64,000 bases of DNA from Promethearchaeota archaeon Loki_b32 (GTDB lineage Archaea; Asgardarchaeota; Lokiarchaeia; Sigyniarchaeales; SOKP01), in assembly GCA_005223125.1 (NCBI GenBank), contig NJBH01000014.1, forward strand, positions 26,202 through 90,201. Direction: 5' to 3'. Position 1 is the first letter of the stretch. Each line of letters begins with the position of its first letter. The notes under the pieces were generated by a model. The model saw only the letters and a program-made list of their open reading frames with translations. It ran no database searches and was not told where the DNA came from. Position numbers and translations under genes: made by a program. Of the stretch, positions 62,831-64,000 are shown in pieces.

Positions 62831-62918
62831 CTATTCTAATCGTTATACAAGTAGGTCTATAGTTTTTTTTCGAAATTTGAAAAAAATTATGCCTTGAGCT
62901 GTTTCCTTTACGTATTCT
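62831..62918. repeat. ~88-bp dispersed direct repeat, copy 2
   Basis: Matches 61291-61378; the copies are 1540 bp apart. Confidence 0.85.
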
Positions 62919-63242
62919 GAGAAAAAAATCCACATATAATTACATCATCTTATAGCTATATTTATTAAATTTATAAAAATTTATTATCCAAGAGGGGGAA
63001 AATATTTTAAATGGGATAAAACCATAATCTTCTGCCATTCTCAAAAATAGAATTCTGTTTAAAAATAAATATGCTGCTTCCAAGGCAAATTTCAGATTGA
63101 TTTTAGTGAATATGATTGTGATCCAAATTTTAAAATTAGAATATTTTGGGATAAAATTCCAAATATTTACCTATTTGATCTCGAGAAATCATTTGGTTCC
63201 CCAAGATACTTAAAATCCTTTGAGAAATTAAAAACAAATTTA

Positions 63243-63764
63243 GTGGATGTAGATGAAGAACAAAAAAAAAGTGATTTTAAATTAAAATACGAAATTATTA
63301 TCGATCTTGACATTGCTATTAAAGAAGTTTATAGGGAGATTGTCGGTGATATTAATAATGCTTATGGAAAAGGACTTTTTGATTGCGTGTATATTTTAGT
63401 AAGAAAATTACTCGAAAATTTAATAATTGATTGTTTAAGAAAGTATTATACAATGCAAAATAGTATTAAATTTTATAATCGGAATAAAGAAAGATTTCAT
63501 TCATTTAGCCAACTTAGAAAAAATTTCAACGAAATGATAAACGATCAAGAGTTCAAGGGATCAGTGGGACATATTCCACAAGTTGTAATAGATTATTTAG
63601 AGGTTTTTAGAGAAACTGGTAATGCAAGTGCTCATTCATTCTTCAGTGTAAATCATCATCATCTAATAGAGGATAATCGAGACAAGTTAATAATCCTCAT
63701 AAAGCAATTAGTCAAGATTTATAATAATATAGATCAGAATAACAGAGGAGATATGGTAAAATAA
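63243..63764 (+). CDS. HEPN/DUF4145-like domain protein, possibly 5'-truncated
   Basis: RKLLE...RETGNASAH (R..GN..AH pattern). The frame is open back to 63069 without a start codon. Confidence 0.6.
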   Translation: MDVDEEQKKSDFKLKYEIIIDLDIAIKEVYREIVGDINNAYGKGLFDCVYILVRKLLENLIIDCLRKYYTMQNSIKFYNRNKERFHSFSQLRKNFNEMINDQEFKGSVGHIPQVVIDYLEVFRETGNASAHSFFSVNHHHLIEDNRDKLIILIKQLVKIYNNIDQNNRGDMVK

Positions 63765-64000
63765 ATTATGAATCTAATAATCCAACATGAATATTATAAA
63801 GAAGTCTTAAGTGAAAAATGGCTTGGTCGAGATATTGAATTGGATGCAATCGATGCAGACCAAGAGGAGGAAAAAAAATACATTATGGCTGAAATCTATA
63901 TTCGAAATTTTTTCTCAACGATTTTTTTTTTTTTTAATTTATTAAATTCCAGATCCAAAAACTTTTTACCATATTTTTCTCTTGGTATATAATTATTTAA

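Noticed and set aside
63768-63992. 74-aa ORF at the window end
   Set aside because: It degenerates into a long T homopolymer and is probably a fragment; no function can be assigned.

Overview
AT-rich archaeal chromosomal window, most consistent with Asgard archaea (Lokiarchaeia). The lineage call rests on an IPGY-TM-basic 'Loki-CTERM'-type sorting tail, a small Ras-superfamily GTPase, an RPA3-like subunit and a divergent EF-2 diphthamide loop. The first ~52 kb is mostly core information-processing genes: rpoA1/A2, L30e, nusA, S12, S7, L44e, S27e, TFS, PCNA, PriL/PriS, GINS, Nop10, aIF2a, EF-1a, RpoL, Csl4, RFC, TruA, AglB, UvrAB, aIF5B, CCA enzyme and EF-2. The classic archaeal operons are broken up and partly inverted. 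The last ~12 kb is a variable region with surface proteins, TPR proteins, a C25 protease, repeat proteins and gene remnants. The main result concerns the EF-2 gene, which starts at 49513 rather than 49687. It is interrupted inside its GTP-binding P-loop (AH|IDHGKTT) by a 30-nt insert (49603-49632) with three in-frame stops. The insert and its flanks fold into a bulge-helix-bulge/loop structure whose predicted tRNA-splicing-endonuclease cut sites fall exactly at the insert boundaries, making it a candidate protein-spliced mRNA intron in a core translation factor. Other notable items are duplicated, synonymously diverged 3' ends on both EF-2 and EF-1a, and an HTH fused to an apparently dead class III ribonucleotide reductase. 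No rRNA, tRNA, CRISPR array or transposase was recognised. All calls are by eye; no database searches were run.
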